This document shows positions 22,935 to 37,800 of a stretch of DNA of 64,000 nt, in pieces. A program made the translations under genes and the position numbers. Below the pieces are notes generated by a model that did not search any database, was not told where the DNA came from, and saw only the letters and a program-made list of their open reading frames with translations. This DNA comes from Eledone cirrhosa (lineage: Eukaryota): contig OZ024741.1 of the NCBI GenBank assembly GCA_964016885.1, positions 66,402,001 to 66,466,000 on the forward strand, read 5' to 3'. Every line of letters begins with the position of its first letter. Position 1 is the stretch's first letter.

Positions 22935-23387
22935 AAGCTGTATAAATATTAGTTATATTTGTACTTCTACGTATATTTTGCGTGCATATATATTTGTTTA
23001 TATAAATGTATTTTAGGCTATATATATATAGTTATCTCTGTCCACTTTTTTTCCGTTCGCATGAGTACTTTACTCGATTTTTTCAAATAATGTTTATAGT
23101 TTTCATTTATTACTATGGTAATTTGCGTTGGGACGACTATATTTCAAATTTCAATAATTCCCAATGCTCCTTAAGTCAAATAGTTGTTTTTCCGCGAGTC
23201 GGTTTTTTCGTTGTTCTGGTTCTAGCGGCTCGCTTTTCGGTCGCTGGCTTCAAATTTGCATAGCTGTCTAAACGTAATGTTATAACTCTAAGGTAAAATT
23301 CCTTATTGAGTGTTTTTGGCTGCACTTCCCGACAGCATTCGTTAGCTTTCCCGCAACCAGAGCTTCGATTATGCTGTACTACCTTCT

Positions 23388-23421
<34 letters not shown>

Positions 23422-23848
23422 TATTTGAAAAAAGGAAAAGAATGACCTCACTTGTAGTTCTAAACAATTTGATTTAATTTTATAATATTATAATATTATG
23501 AGTGGGTAGATCTAGTTGGTTTCTTTTTTTGAAAGCTTCTTTTTCCAGATTCAGTTCATTCCATTCTATGAACGCATTTTGAACGATGGAATTCTGGTCG
23601 TGTGTAACTATTTCCGAGGGTGAGATTTTTTCATGTTTCTGGCGGTCTGCAATTAGGGAATCGAGCTTTTCCCTAGAGCTGCGTGTTTGTTGTTCCATTT
23701 CATGTACGGCATTAGTAATAGAGTCATACTTACTTATTATTATGGAGAGTTTTTCTGAGATTTCCTGTAATATTGTCTCCGATTTGAGGGATTCAGTAAC
23801 AGATTTTGAACGTGTGTTAGCCATTCTGTTGTGTACAAAGTGGTAAAA

Positions 23849-24058
23849 TATTGGAAAATGTGTAAAATCTTTGGTACAGTTAGGTATATTTGAAAAAAAG
23901 GAAAAGAATGACTTCACTTGTAGTTCTAAACAATTTGATTTAATTTTATAATATAATATAAAATTAAATCAGATTGTTTAGAACTACAAGTGAAGTCATT
24001 CTTTTCCTTTTTTTCAAATATACCTAACTGTACCAAGGATTTCACACATTTTCCAATA
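23849..24058. repeat. Near-perfect inverted repeat with arms of about 100 bp (probable PLE junction)
   Basis: Arms at 23849-23950 and 23958-24058; a partial direct copy of the arm lies at 23420-23487. Confidence 0.85.
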
Positions 24059-24246
24059 AAAAGTGAGAAGAGGAAAGAACGGAGAAAAAGTATGAGAAAA
24101 AAGGGGGAGAAAAAAAATACATATATACAAAATGACAGACATAATGCGCTCGTGTGGGTTTTTTCTCATACTTTTTTCTCATACTTTTTCTCCGTTCTTT
24201 CCTCTTCTCACTCTTTACTTTCTATTTATCTTCTATATCCAACTTT

Positions 24247-24284
24247 ATCTTCTGATGAAGGACTAGTGTCCAAAATATTAAGAT
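24247..24284 (+). ncRNA. Degenerate minimal hammerhead (G12 replaced by A)
   Basis: ATCTT-CTGATGA-A-GGAC-TAGT-GTCC-AAAA-TATT-AAGAT. Confidence 0.5.
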
Positions 24285-24318
24285 TCTTTTTTTCCTGCAA
24301 TTTCAAGTGTTAAACTAA

Positions 24319-24500
24319 TATAGGCTGACCAAGATACTCTCATAGAATGACAAAATGAGGTTTATTCTTCAACATAGTCCTTGGAAAGAAACCATGCAGT
24401 TATTAATAAAAACAGAGTTGAAATTAATGCATGCAAGATTTCACAGCTCTAGCATCACCCATTCATAGTGAGCCTATAATCTTTTCAACCCACCTTCGTA
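24319..24500. mobile_element. Tc1/mariner-type MITE with the left end truncated
   Basis: Homologous to 26358-26559; ends CCTTCG-TA. Confidence 0.75.
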
Positions 24501-24780
24501 TTTATATGTGTGATTATACGGACATCCGTCAGTGCCGCCGATGAGTGTTCAGCACCACTAATAGCAACAACTATAACGACGACGACGACGATGACGACGA
24601 CGACGACCACCACCACCACCACCACCACCACCACCACCACCACCACCACCAATATTATTAACTACAACAACAATTGTAAAAGCAATAACAACAATCTCAA
24701 CAGTCAGATAATCACGATGACAACGACGATGATGACAACGACGATGACAATAACGACGATAACAACGACGATGATAATAA

Positions 24781-24880
24781 TTGTTTCTACATTAGGCACA
24801 AAGCCAGCAATTACCCAGTGCATTACTGGTACTTTATTTTATCGACCCCGTAAGGATGAAAGGCAAAGTTAACCTCGGCG
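24781..24880 (-). mobile_element. SINE fragment (same tRNA-derived family)
   Basis: TACTTTATTTTATCGACCCCGTAAGGATGAAAGGCAAAG core. Confidence 0.75.
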
Positions 24881-25463
24881 ATGATAATAATGATGAATAG
24901 CAATTATTTTTCTCTTGTGTAGTAAACACAAACCGTTACTAAACGTGATAAACGTGTTGTTTATACTCTGATAAACCATTGTATATTCTTCAGTGAAACT
25001 AATATACCACTTTGTCATTGTCGTTGTCGTTCGTATACAGAACATTTTTCCAAAGCCTCTCTTTCTTCCTCGCCTACGCAATTCCATTGTCTTCGTAAAA
25101 GTTATACCTTGCAATTAATTATTAACGACGAAATTTTTCTACCTGACACCAAGCTATCACCTGATTTCGTGTGGGTGTAAAGTTATTTGAAATGATCTGT
25201 GTGAATGTAATATGTTCGTGTTTGTCTGTATGTATTTGTATATGTCTCTCTATGTGTGTCTTTAGGTGTGTAAGTGCTTGTGTGTCTATGAGTTTATGTG
25301 TGTATGTATATTATGTGTTTATGTGGTGTGTTAGGTTATGTGCGTATGTTGCGTGTGTATCTGTACACATTTACGTGTATAAAAGTACGATTATTAAATC
25401 TTAACTTGTGTACTCACGCCGTCAAAAAGGATGACAGCTCTTCTTCTTCTTCTTCTTCTTCTT

Positions 25464-25515
<52 letters not shown>

Positions 25516-25581
25516 AAGCCTCTACTTCAACCCTCTATATCATGGCGGTGAATTGTCAAATTCGTTATACTGTCACATAAT

Positions 25582-25766
25582 TGTTTCTATTTTAGGCACA
25601 AGGCCAGCAATTACCAGTGCATTACTGGTACTTTATTTTATCGACCCCGTAAGGATGAAAGGCAAAGTCAACCTCGGCGGCATTTGAACTCAGATGGTAA
25701 AGGGACGTAACTATGCTGGAAAGCATGGCGTCCGACCCTCTACCGATACTGCCAATCCACCGCCCT
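25582..25766 (-). mobile_element. Full-length SINE with an 11-bp TSD, nested in an older + strand SINE (about 25544-25845)
   Basis: TGTCACATAAT at 25571-25581 and 25767-25777; A- and B-box-like motifs present. Confidence 0.85.
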
Positions 25767-25848
25767 TGTCACATAATATACCGCATTCGTCTGTCTCTCT
25801 GTACTCTAAGTTCAAATTTCACCGAGGTCAAATTATACTTTTATTCTT

Positions 25849-25910
<62 letters not shown>

Positions 25911-26129
25911 TTCTTCTTCTTCTTCTTCTTCTTCTTCTTCTTCTTCTTCTTCTTCTTCTTCTTCTTCTTCTTCTTCTTCTTCTTCTTCTTCAAATATATC
26001 GAATGGCACGTTTGTTCAAAATGACCAGTGGAACCGTTTATACATTTCTACTGCACTCCGATAGCACTATGCAGGGATGTTGTCCGCGGGCTAAGAACGC
26101 CGGAAGACTCCACTGCTACAGGTTCCTAC

Positions 26130-26300
26130 CTGGCGGGCTTCCAAACAGTTTCCTTCCGTCTATCCAATTTCGCTCACCTCACAAGGTATGCGTCGACCCG
26201 AGGCTACGGTAAATGAGACCAGGTCAAGATGCTCCGCAGTGGGATCGAACCCGGGTCCAAATGATCGGGAAAAGAACTTCTTAATCATTCGGTCATGGTG
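26130..26300 (-). mobile_element. Second tRNA-derived SINE family, degenerate
   Basis: Minus-strand B-box GGTTCGATCCC followed by a different core sequence. Confidence 0.55.
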
Positions 26301-26357
26301 CGTCCGAAGCATTTTAATAAGCAGTGCTAAATGGTTTATGTATAGGTTACGGTTATA

Positions 26358-26559
26358 TACAAGGGTCGACTGAAAAGTTCATAGGCTGACCAAGATACTC
26401 TCATGGAATGAACAAATGTGGTTTATTTTTCAATATAGTCCCTAGAAAAATACAATGTAGTTATTAATAAGAAGAGTTGAAATTAGTACATGCAAGATTT
26501 CACAGCTCTAGCATCACTCTTTCATAGTCAGCCTATGAATATTTCAGCTAACCCTCGTA
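26358..26559. mobile_element. Tc1/mariner-type MITE (about 200 bp)
   Basis: TA-flanked TIRs CAAGGGTCGACTGAAAAGTTCATAGGCTGAC and GTCAGCCTATGAATATTTCAGCTAACCCTCG. Confidence 0.85.
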
Positions 26560-26689
26560 CATGTTCCTCATCTAGTTAGTGTCCATAATGTAATTAGAAG
26601 TAACAGACCTAATGGGATCGTAGGATCCGTGTCCTGACATGCTGACATGTATTATAAACCGTGGCTGAGAAAGAAATAGAAGAAGAATC

Positions 26690-26846
26690 ACCGCAGTACT
26701 GAACTTGTATATCTTTTTCATTGACCATGGAAGGATGAAAAGCAAAGTTGACCTCGGCAGGATTTGAACTTGGAGAGCAGAGAGCTGGAACGAATACTAC
26801 AAGATATTCTATCTGACGTTCTAACAACTCTGCAAAGTCACTGCCT
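26690..26846 (-). mobile_element. Degenerate SINE
   Basis: GGATGAAAAGCAAAGTTGACCTCGGCAGGATTTGAACT. Confidence 0.6.
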
Positions 26847-26884
26847 AATGCCTAATACAGCATCATGAAACATCACATTTGTAT

Positions 26885-27905
26885 TACACATACACTCACA
26901 TACACACATTCACTCACATACACACATACATGTAAATAGATACACATACAGATACACACTCACATACACACACACATACACACATACATGTAAATAGATA
27001 CAAATATAGAAACACACTCACATACACACACTCACACACACATACACATACACATTGGCATGTAAATAGATACACATACACATACACACACTCACACACA
27101 CATATACACATTGGCATGTAAATAGATACACATACACATACACACTCACATACACACACTCACACACACATACACATACACATACACATACACATTGGCA
27201 TATACATAGACACATACATACTCACATTGGCATGTACATAGACACACATACACACACATACGCATACGCATTATCATGTACATAGGCACACATACACACA
27301 CATACACACCATACATTCACATACACACGCTCATTGGCATGTACACACATACACACATGCTTAAACACACACATACACACGCATACACTCACATACACAT
27401 GCTCATTGGCATGTACATATACACACATACACACACATACGCACACATTGGCATGTACATTACAGATATACACGCTTACACTCACATACACACACTAATT
27501 GGCGTGTACACACATACACTCACATACACACACGCATTGGCATGTACACACACACACACTCACATACACACGCTTAAACACACACATACGCACACACATT
27601 GGCATGTACATTCACATACAAACATTCACATACAAACTCACATACACACACGCATTGGCATGTGCACACATACACTCCCATACACACACTCACACGAACA
27701 CACACACACATTGACATGTACACAGACACACATACGCACGTATACACGTACATACATTTGCATGTACTCACATACAGTCATATATACACACTCACACACA
27801 TACACACACACTCACAGATACACATGCACATAGACACATACACTCACACACACTCACACACGCATTCACATAGACTACATCATATATACATACATATACA
27901 GACAC
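26885..27905 (+). repeat. (CA)-derived minisatellite with a recurring TTGGCATGTA anchor
   Basis: More than 10 anchor copies separated by CA/CATA runs. Confidence 0.85.
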
Positions 27906-27959
27906 ATAGACACTTAAATACCTATAAACGCTCACTACGTACATCACCCCGCCCCACTG

Positions 27960-28640
27960 TTGCAAACACCACCACCACCACCACCACTGTTACCATCACA
28001 ACTACCACCACCATCACAGCCACCACCGCCACTACCACCAGCACCATCAGCACCAGCACCACCAGCACCAACACCACCACCATCACAACCACCAACACCT
28101 CTACCACAAACACCACCACCATCACAACTACCACCACCACCACAACCACCATCGCCACAACCACAACCGCCACCGCCACAACCACCACCACCACCAACAC
28201 CGCCACAACTCCAACCACTACCGCCACAACCACCGCCAATACCACAAACACCCCACCTCCAACAACGTCAATACCACAACCACCTCCACACCCATCACCG
28301 CCACCACCCCAAACACGAACACCACCACCACCACCACCACCACCACCACCACCACCACCACCACCACCACCACCACCACCACCACAACCACTACCACTAC
28401 CACAAACACCACCACGACCACTACCACAAATATCACCACGACAACCACCACTGCCACAAACACCACCACTACCACAACCACCACCACCACAACCACCACC
28501 ACCACAACCACCACTACCACAAACACCACCGCCACCACTACCACAAACACCACCACCACAACCACCACTGCCAAACACACCACCACCACAACCACCAACA
28601 CCACAAACAGCAGCAACAACAACAACAGCAACAACAAAAT
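27960..28640 (+). repeat. Degenerate (CCA)n low-complexity tract
   Basis: Read directly from the sequence. Confidence 0.9.
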
Positions 28641-28849
28641 CAACACATCTGCAATCAATCAATAACAGAACATTCTTGATTAATATTGATTTAGTCTGGC
28701 ATTTAGCAAAAAACAAATAAACAACAACAACTGCAACAGTAGCATCATCATCATCAGCAGCAACAACAATAACAACTGTAACAGCACCATTAGAAGTAAT
28801 AACAACAACAATTGTAAAAGCAACATCAGCAGTAGCAACAATAACAACA

Positions 28850-31800
28850 ACAGTTGTAATAACAGTATTATCAGCAACAACAGTCACAACAACAACAACA
28901 ACAAAATCAGTTGTAATAACAGTATTATCAGCAACAACAGTGAAAACAACAACATTAACAGTTATAGAAATAAAAGTATTATCACAACAACAATGATAAC
29001 AACAACAACAATAGCAGTTATAGAAATAACAGTATTATCAGCAACAACAGTGATGACAACACCATTAACAGTTAAAGAAATAACAGTACTATCAGCAACA
29101 ACAGTGATAACATCAACACCATTAACAGTTATAGAAATAACAGTACTATCAGCAACAACAGTGATAACATCAACAACATTAACAGTTACAGAAATAACAG
29201 TATTATCAGCAACAACAGTGATGACAACAACAACAATAACAGTTATAGAAATAACAGTACTATCAGCAACAACAGTGATAAAATCAACACCATTAACAGT
29301 TATAGAAATAACAGTATTATCAGCAACAACAGTGATAACAACAACAACATTAACAGTTATAGAAATAACAGTACAATCAGCAACAACAGTGATAACAACA
29401 ACAACAACATTAACAGTTATAGAAATAACAGTACTATCAGCAACAACAGTGATAACAACAACAACATTAACAGTTATAGAAATAACAGTATTATCAGCAA
29501 CAACAATGATAACAACAACAACAATAGCAGTTATAGAAATAACAGTACTATCAGAAACAACAGTGATAACAACAACAACATTAACAGTTATAGAAATAAC
29601 AGTACTATCAGCAACAACAGTGATAACAACAACAACATTAACAGTTATAGAAATAACAGTACTATCAGCAACAACAGTGATAACATCAACACCATTAACA
29701 GTTATAGAAATAACAGTACTTTCAACAACAACAGTGATAACATCAACAACAATAACAGTTATAGAAATAACAGTATTATCAGCAACAACAGTGATAACAT
29801 CAACAACAATAACAGTTATAGAAATAACAGTATTATCAGCAACAACAGTGATAACGACAACTACAATAACAGTTATAGAAATAACAGTATTATCAGCAAC
29901 AATAGTGATAACATCAACAACATTAACAGTTATGGAAATAACAGTATTATCAGCAACAACAGTGATAACAACAACACCATTAACAGTTATAGAAATAACA
30001 GTATTATCAGCAACAACAATGATAACATCAACAACAATAACAGTTATAGAAATAACAGTATTATCAACAACAACAGTGATAACAACAACACAATTAACAG
30101 TTATAAAAATAACAGTATTATCAGCAACAACAGTGATAACAACAACAACAATAACAGTTATAGAAATAACAGTATTATCAGCAACAACAGTGATAACATC
30201 AACAACATTAACAGTTATAGAAATAACAGTATTATCAACAACATCAGTTATAACAACAACACCATTAACAGTTATAGAAATAACAGTATTATCAGCAACA
30301 ACAGTGATAACAACAACAACAATAACAGTTATAGAAATAACAGTATTATCAGCAACATCAGTGATAACATCAACAACATTAACAGTTATAGAAATAACAG
30401 TATTATCAACAACATCAGTTATAAAAACAACACCATTAACAGTTATAGAAATAACAGTATTATCAGCAACAACAGTGATAACAACAACAACAATAACAGT
30501 TATAGAAATAAGACTACTATCAGCAACAACAGTGATAACATCAACAACATTAACAGTTATAGAAATAACAGTATTATCAGCAACAACAGTGATAACATCA
30601 ACAACAATAACAGTTATAGAAATAACAGTACTATCAGCAACAACAGTGATAACATCATCAACAATAACAGTTATAGAAATAACAGTATTATCAGCAACAA
30701 CAGTGATAACAACAACAACATTAACAGTTATAGAAATAACAGTACTATCAGCAACAACAGTGATAACAACAACAACATTAACAGTTATAGAAATAACAGT
30801 ACTATCAGCAACAACAGTGATAACAACAACAACATTAACAGTTATAGAAATAACAGTATTATCAGCAACAACAATGATAACAACAACAACAATAGCAGTT
30901 ATAGAAATAACAGTACTATCAGAAACAACAGTGATAACAACAACAACATTAACAGTTATAGAAATAACAGTACTATCAGCAACAACAGTGATAACAACAA
31001 CAACATTAACAGTTATAGAAATAACAGTACTATCAGCAACAACAGTGATAACATCAACACCATTAACAGTTATAGAAATAACAGTACTTTCAACAACAAC
31101 AGTGATAACATCAACAACAATAACAATTATAGAAATAACAGTACTATCAGCAACAACAGTGATAACATCAACAACAATAACAGTTATAGAAAAAACAGTA
31201 TTATCAGCAACAACAGTGATAACGACAACTACAATAACAGTTATAGAAATAACAGTATATTCAGCAACAATAGTGATAACATCAACAACATTAACAGTTA
31301 TGGAAATAACAGTATTATCAGCAACAACAGTGATAACAACAACACCATTAACAGTTATAGAAATAACAGTATTATCAGCAACAACAATGATAACATCAAC
31401 AACAATAACAGTTATAGAAATAACAGTATTATCAACAACAACAGTGATAACAACAACACAATTAACAGTTATAAAAATAACAGTATTATCAGCAACAACA
31501 GTGATAACAACAACAACAATAACAGTTATAGAAATAACAGTATTATCAACAACAACAGTGATAACAACAACACAATTAACAGTTATAAAAATAACAGTAT
31601 TATCAGCAACAACAGTGATAACAACAACAACAATAACAGTTATAGAAATAACAGTACTATCAGCAACAACAATGATAACATCAACACCATTAACAGTTCT
31701 AGAAATAACAGTATTATCAACAACAACAGTGATAAAAACAACACCATTAACAGTTATAGAAATAACAGTACTATCAGCAACAACAGTGATAACATCAACA

Positions 31801-34800
31801 ACATTAACAGTTCTAGAAATAACAGTATTATCAACAACAACAGTGATAAAAACAACACCATTAACAGTTATAGAAATAACAGTACTATCAGCAACAACAG
31901 TGATAACATCAACAACATTAACAGTTCTAGAAATAACAGTATTATCAACAACAACAGTGATAAAAACAACACCATTAACAGTTATAGAAATAACAGTACT
32001 ATCAGCAACAACAGTGATAACAACAACAACAATAACAGTTATAGAAATAAGACTACTATCAGCAACAACAGTGATAACATCAACAACATTAACAGTTATA
32101 GAAATAACAGTACAATCAGCAACAACAGTGATAACAACAACAACAACATTAACAGTTATAGAAATAACAGTACTATCAGCAACAACAGTGATAACAACAA
32201 CAACATTAACAGTTATAGAAATAACAGTATTATCAGCAACAACAATGATAACAACAACAACAATAGCAGTTATAGAAATAACAGTACTATCAGAAACAAC
32301 AGTGATAACAACAACAACATTAACAGTTATAGAAATAACAGTACTATCAGCAACAACAGTGATAACAACAACAACATTAACAGTTATAGAAATAACAGTA
32401 CTATCAGCAACAACAGTGATAACATCAACACCATTAACAGTTATAGAAATAACAGTACTTTCAACAACAACAGTGATAACATCAACAACAATAACAGTTA
32501 TAGAAATAACAGTATTATCAGCAACAACAGTGATAACATCAACAACAATAACAGTTATAGAAATAACAGTATTATCAGCAACAACAGTGATAACGACAAC
32601 TACAATAACAGTTATAGAAATAACAGTATTATCAGCAACAATAGTGATAACATCAACAACATTAACAGTTATGGAAATAACAGTATTATCAGCAACAACA
32701 GTGATAACAACAACACCATTAACAGTTATAGAAATAACAGTATTATCAGCAACAACAATGATAACATCAACAACAATAACAGTTATAGAAATAACAGTAT
32801 TATCAACAACAACAGTGATAACAACAACACAATTAACAGTTATAAAAATAACAGTATTATCAGCAACAACAGTGATAACAACAACAACAATAACAGTTAT
32901 AGAAATAACAGTATTATCAGCAACAACAGTGATAACATCAACAACATTAACAGTTATAGAAATAACAGTATTATCAACAACATCAGTTATAACAACAACA
33001 CCATTAACAGTTATAGAAATAACAGTATTATCAGCAACAACAGTGATAACAACAACAACAATAACAGTTATAGAAATAACAGTATTATCAGCAACATCAG
33101 TGATAACATCAACAACATTAACAGTTATAGAAATAACAGTATTATCAACAACATCAGTTATAAAAACAACACCATTAACAGTTATAGAAATAACAGTATT
33201 ATCAGCAACAACAGTGATAACAACAACAACAATAACAGTTATAGAAATAAGACTACTATCAGCAACAACAGTGATAACATCAACAACATTAACAGTTATA
33301 GAAATAACAGTATTATCAGCAACAACAGTGATAACATCAACAACAATAACAGTTATAGAAATAACAGTACTATCAGCAACAACAGTGATAACATCATCAA
33401 CAATAACAGTTATAGAAATAACAGTATTATCAGCAACAACAGTGATAACAACAACAACATTAACAGTTATAGAAATAACAGTACTATCAGCAACAACAGT
33501 GATAACAACAACAACATTAACAGTTATAGAAATAACAGTACTATCAGCAACAACAGTGATAACAACAACAACATTAACAGTTATAGAAATAACAGTATTA
33601 TCAGCAACAACAATGATAACAACAACAACAATAGCAGTTATAGAAATAACAGTACTATCAGAAACAACAGTGATAACAACAACAACATTAACAGTTATAG
33701 AAATAACAGTACTATCAGCAACAACAGTGATAACAACAACAACATTAACAGTTATAGAAATAACAGTACTATCAGCAACAACAGTGATAACATCAACACC
33801 ATTAACAGTTATAGAAATAACAGTACTTTCAACAACAACAGTGATAACATCAACAACAATAACAATTATAGAAATAACAGTACTATCAGCAACAACAGTG
33901 ATAACATCAACAACAATAACAGTTATAGAAAAAACAGTATTATCAGCAACAACAGTGATAACGACAACTACAATAACAGTTATAGAAATAACAGTATATT
34001 CAGCAACAATAGTGATAACATCAACAACATTAACAGTTATGGAAATAACAGTATTATCAGCAACAACAGTGATAACAACAACACCATTAACAGTTATAGA
34101 AATAACAGTATTATCAGCAACAACAATGATAACATCAACAACAATAACAGTTATAGAAATAACAGTATTATCAACAACAACAGTGATAACAACAACACAA
34201 TTAACAGTTATAAAAATAACAGTATTATCAGCAACAACAGTGATAACAACAACAACAATAACAGTTATAGAAATAACAGTATTATCAACAACAACAGTGA
34301 TAACAACAACACAATTAACAGTTATAAAAATAACAGTATTATCAGCAACAACAGTGATAACAACAACAACAATAACAGTTATAGAAATAACAGTACTATC
34401 AGCAACAACAATGATAACATCAACACCATTAACAGTTCTAGAAATAACAGTATTATCAACAACAACAGTGATAAAAACAACACCATTAACAGTTATAGAA
34501 ATAACAGTACTATCAGCAACAACAGTGATAACATCAACAACATTAACAGTTCTAGAAATAACAGTATTATCAACAACAACAGTGATAAAAACAACACCAT
34601 TAACAGTTATAGAAATAACAGTACTATCAGCAACAACAGTGATAACATCAACAACATTAACAGTTCTAGAAATAACAGTATTATCAACAACAACAGTGAT
34701 AAAAACAACACCATTAACAGTTATAGAAATAACAGTACTATCAGCAACAACAGTGATAACAACAACAACAATAACAGTTATAGAAATAAGACTACTATCA

Positions 34801-37800
34801 GCAACAACAGTGATAACATCAACAACATTAACAGTTATAGAAATAACAGTATTATCAGCAACAACAGTGATAACATCATCAACAATAACAGTTATAGAAA
34901 TAACAGTATTATCAGCAACAACAGTGATAACATCAACAACAATAACAGTTATAGAAATAACAGTATTATCAGCAACAACAGTGATAACATCAACAACATT
35001 AACAGTTATAGAAATAACAGTATTATCAGCAACAACAGTGATAACAACAACAACATTAACAGTTATAGAAATAACAGTACTATCAGCAACAACAGTGATA
35101 ACAACAACTACAATAACAGTTATAGAAATAACAGTATTATCAGCAACAATAGTGATAACATCAACAACATTAACAGTTATGGAAATAACAGTATTATCAG
35201 CAACAACAGTGATAACAACAACACCATTAACAGTTATAGAAATAACAGTATTATCAGCAACGACAGTGATAACAACAACAACAATAACAGTTATAGAAAT
35301 AACAGTATTATCAGCAACAACAGTGATAACAACAACAACAATAACAGTTATAGAAATAACAGTATTATCAGCAACAACAATGATAACAACAACACCAATA
35401 ACAGTTATGGAAATAACAGTATTATCAGCAACAACAGTGATAACAACAACACCATTAACAGTTATAGAAATAACAGTACTATCAGCAACAAGAGTGATAA
35501 TATCAACACCATTAACAGTTATAGAAATAACAGTATTATCAGCAACAACAGTGATAACATCAACAACATTAACAGTTATAGAAATAACAGTACTATCAGC
35601 AACAACAGTGATAACACCAACAACATTAACAGTTATAGAAATAACAGTATTATCAGCAACAACAGTGATAACACCAACAACATTAACAGTTATAGAAATA
35701 ACAGTATTATCAGCAACAACAGTGATAACAACAATAACAGTTATAGAAATAACAGTACTATCAGCAACAACAGTGATGACAACAACACAATTAACAGTTA
35801 AAGAAATAACAGTACTATCAGCAACAACAGTGATAACATCAAAACCATTAACAGTTATAGAAATAACAGTACTATCAGCAACAACAGTGATAACATCAAC
35901 AACATTAACAGTTATAGAAATAACAGTATTATCAGCAACAACAGTGATGACAACAACAACAATAACAGTTATAGAAATAACAGTACTATCAGCAACAACA
36001 GTGATAACATCAACACCATTAACAGTTATGGAAATAACAGTATTATCAGCAACAACAGTGATAACATCAACAACATTAACAGTTATAGAAATAACAGTAT
36101 TATCAGCAACAACAGTGATAATATCAACACCATTAACAGTTATAGAAATAACAGTATTATCAGCAACAACAGTGATAACAACAACAACAATAACAGTTAT
36201 AGAAATAAGAGTATTATCAGCAACAACAGTGATAACATCAACAACATTAACAGCTATAGAAATAACAGTATTATCAGCAACAACAGTGATAACAACAATA
36301 ACAGTTATAGAAATAACAGTACTATCAGCAACAACAGTGATAACATCAACACCATTAACAGTTAAAGAAATAACAGTACTATCAGCAACAACAGTGATAA
36401 CATCAACACCATTAACAGTTATAGAAATAACAGTATTATCAGCAACAACAGTGATAACACCAACAACATTAACAGCTATAGAAATAACAGTATTATCAGC
36501 AACAACAGTGATAACAACAATAACAGTTATAGAAATAACAGTACTATCAGCAACAACAGTGATAACAACAACAACAACAACATTAACAGTTATAGAAATA
36601 ACAGTACTATCAGCAACAACAGTGATAACATCAACACCATTAACAGTTATAGAAATAACCGTACTATCAACAACAACAGTGATAACATCAACAACAATAA
36701 CAGTTATAGAAATAACAGTATTATCAGCAACAACAGTGATAACAACAACAACAATAACAGTTATAGAGATAACAGTATTAGCAGCAACAATAGTGATAAC
36801 ATCAATAACATTAACAGTTATGGAAATAACAGTATTATCAGCAACAACAGTGATAACAACAACACCATTAACAGTTATAGAAATAACAGTATTATCAGCA
36901 ACAACAATGATAACATCAACAACAATAACAGTTATAGAAATAACAGTATTATCAACAACAACAGTGATAACAACAACACAATTAACAGTTATAGAAATAA
37001 CAGTATTATCAGCAACAACAGTGATAACAACAACAACAATAACAGTTATAGAAATAAGACTACTATCAGCAACAACAGTGATAACATCAACAACATTAAC
37101 AGTTATAGAAATAACAGTATTATCAGCAACAACAGTGATAACATCAACAACAATAACAGTTATAGAAATAACAGTACTATCAGCAACAACAGTGATAACA
37201 TCAACAACAATAACAGTTATAGAAATAACAGTACTATCAGCAACAACAGTGATAACATCAACGACAATAACAGTTATAGAAATAATAGTATTATCAGCAA
37301 CAACAGTGATAACATCAACAACAATAACAGTTATAGAAATCACAGTACTATCAGCAACAAGAGTGATAACATCAACAACAATAACAGTTATAGAAATAAC
37401 AGTATTATCACCAACAACAGTGATAACATCAACAACATTAACAGTTATAGAAATAACAGTATTATCAGCAACAACAGTGATGACAACAACAACAATAACA
37501 GTTATAGAAATAACAGTACTATCAGCAACAACAGTGATGACAACAACACCATTAACAGTTAAAGAAATAACAGTACTATCAGCAACAACAGTGATAACAT
37601 CACCACCATTAACAGTTATAGAAATAACAGTATTATCAGCAACAACAGTGATGACAACAACAACAATAACAATTATAGAAATAACAGTATTATCAGCAAC
37701 AACAGTGATAACATCAACAACATTAACAGTTATAGAAATAACAGTAATATCAGCAACAACAGTGATAACATCAACAACATTAACAATTATAGAAATAACA

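Noticed and set aside
25660-25766. tRNA gene
   Set aside because: It has A- and B-box-like motifs only, no cloverleaf, and is part of a repeated SINE.
27276-28887. His/Thr/Pro-rich ORFs
   Set aside because: Microsatellite translation artefacts.
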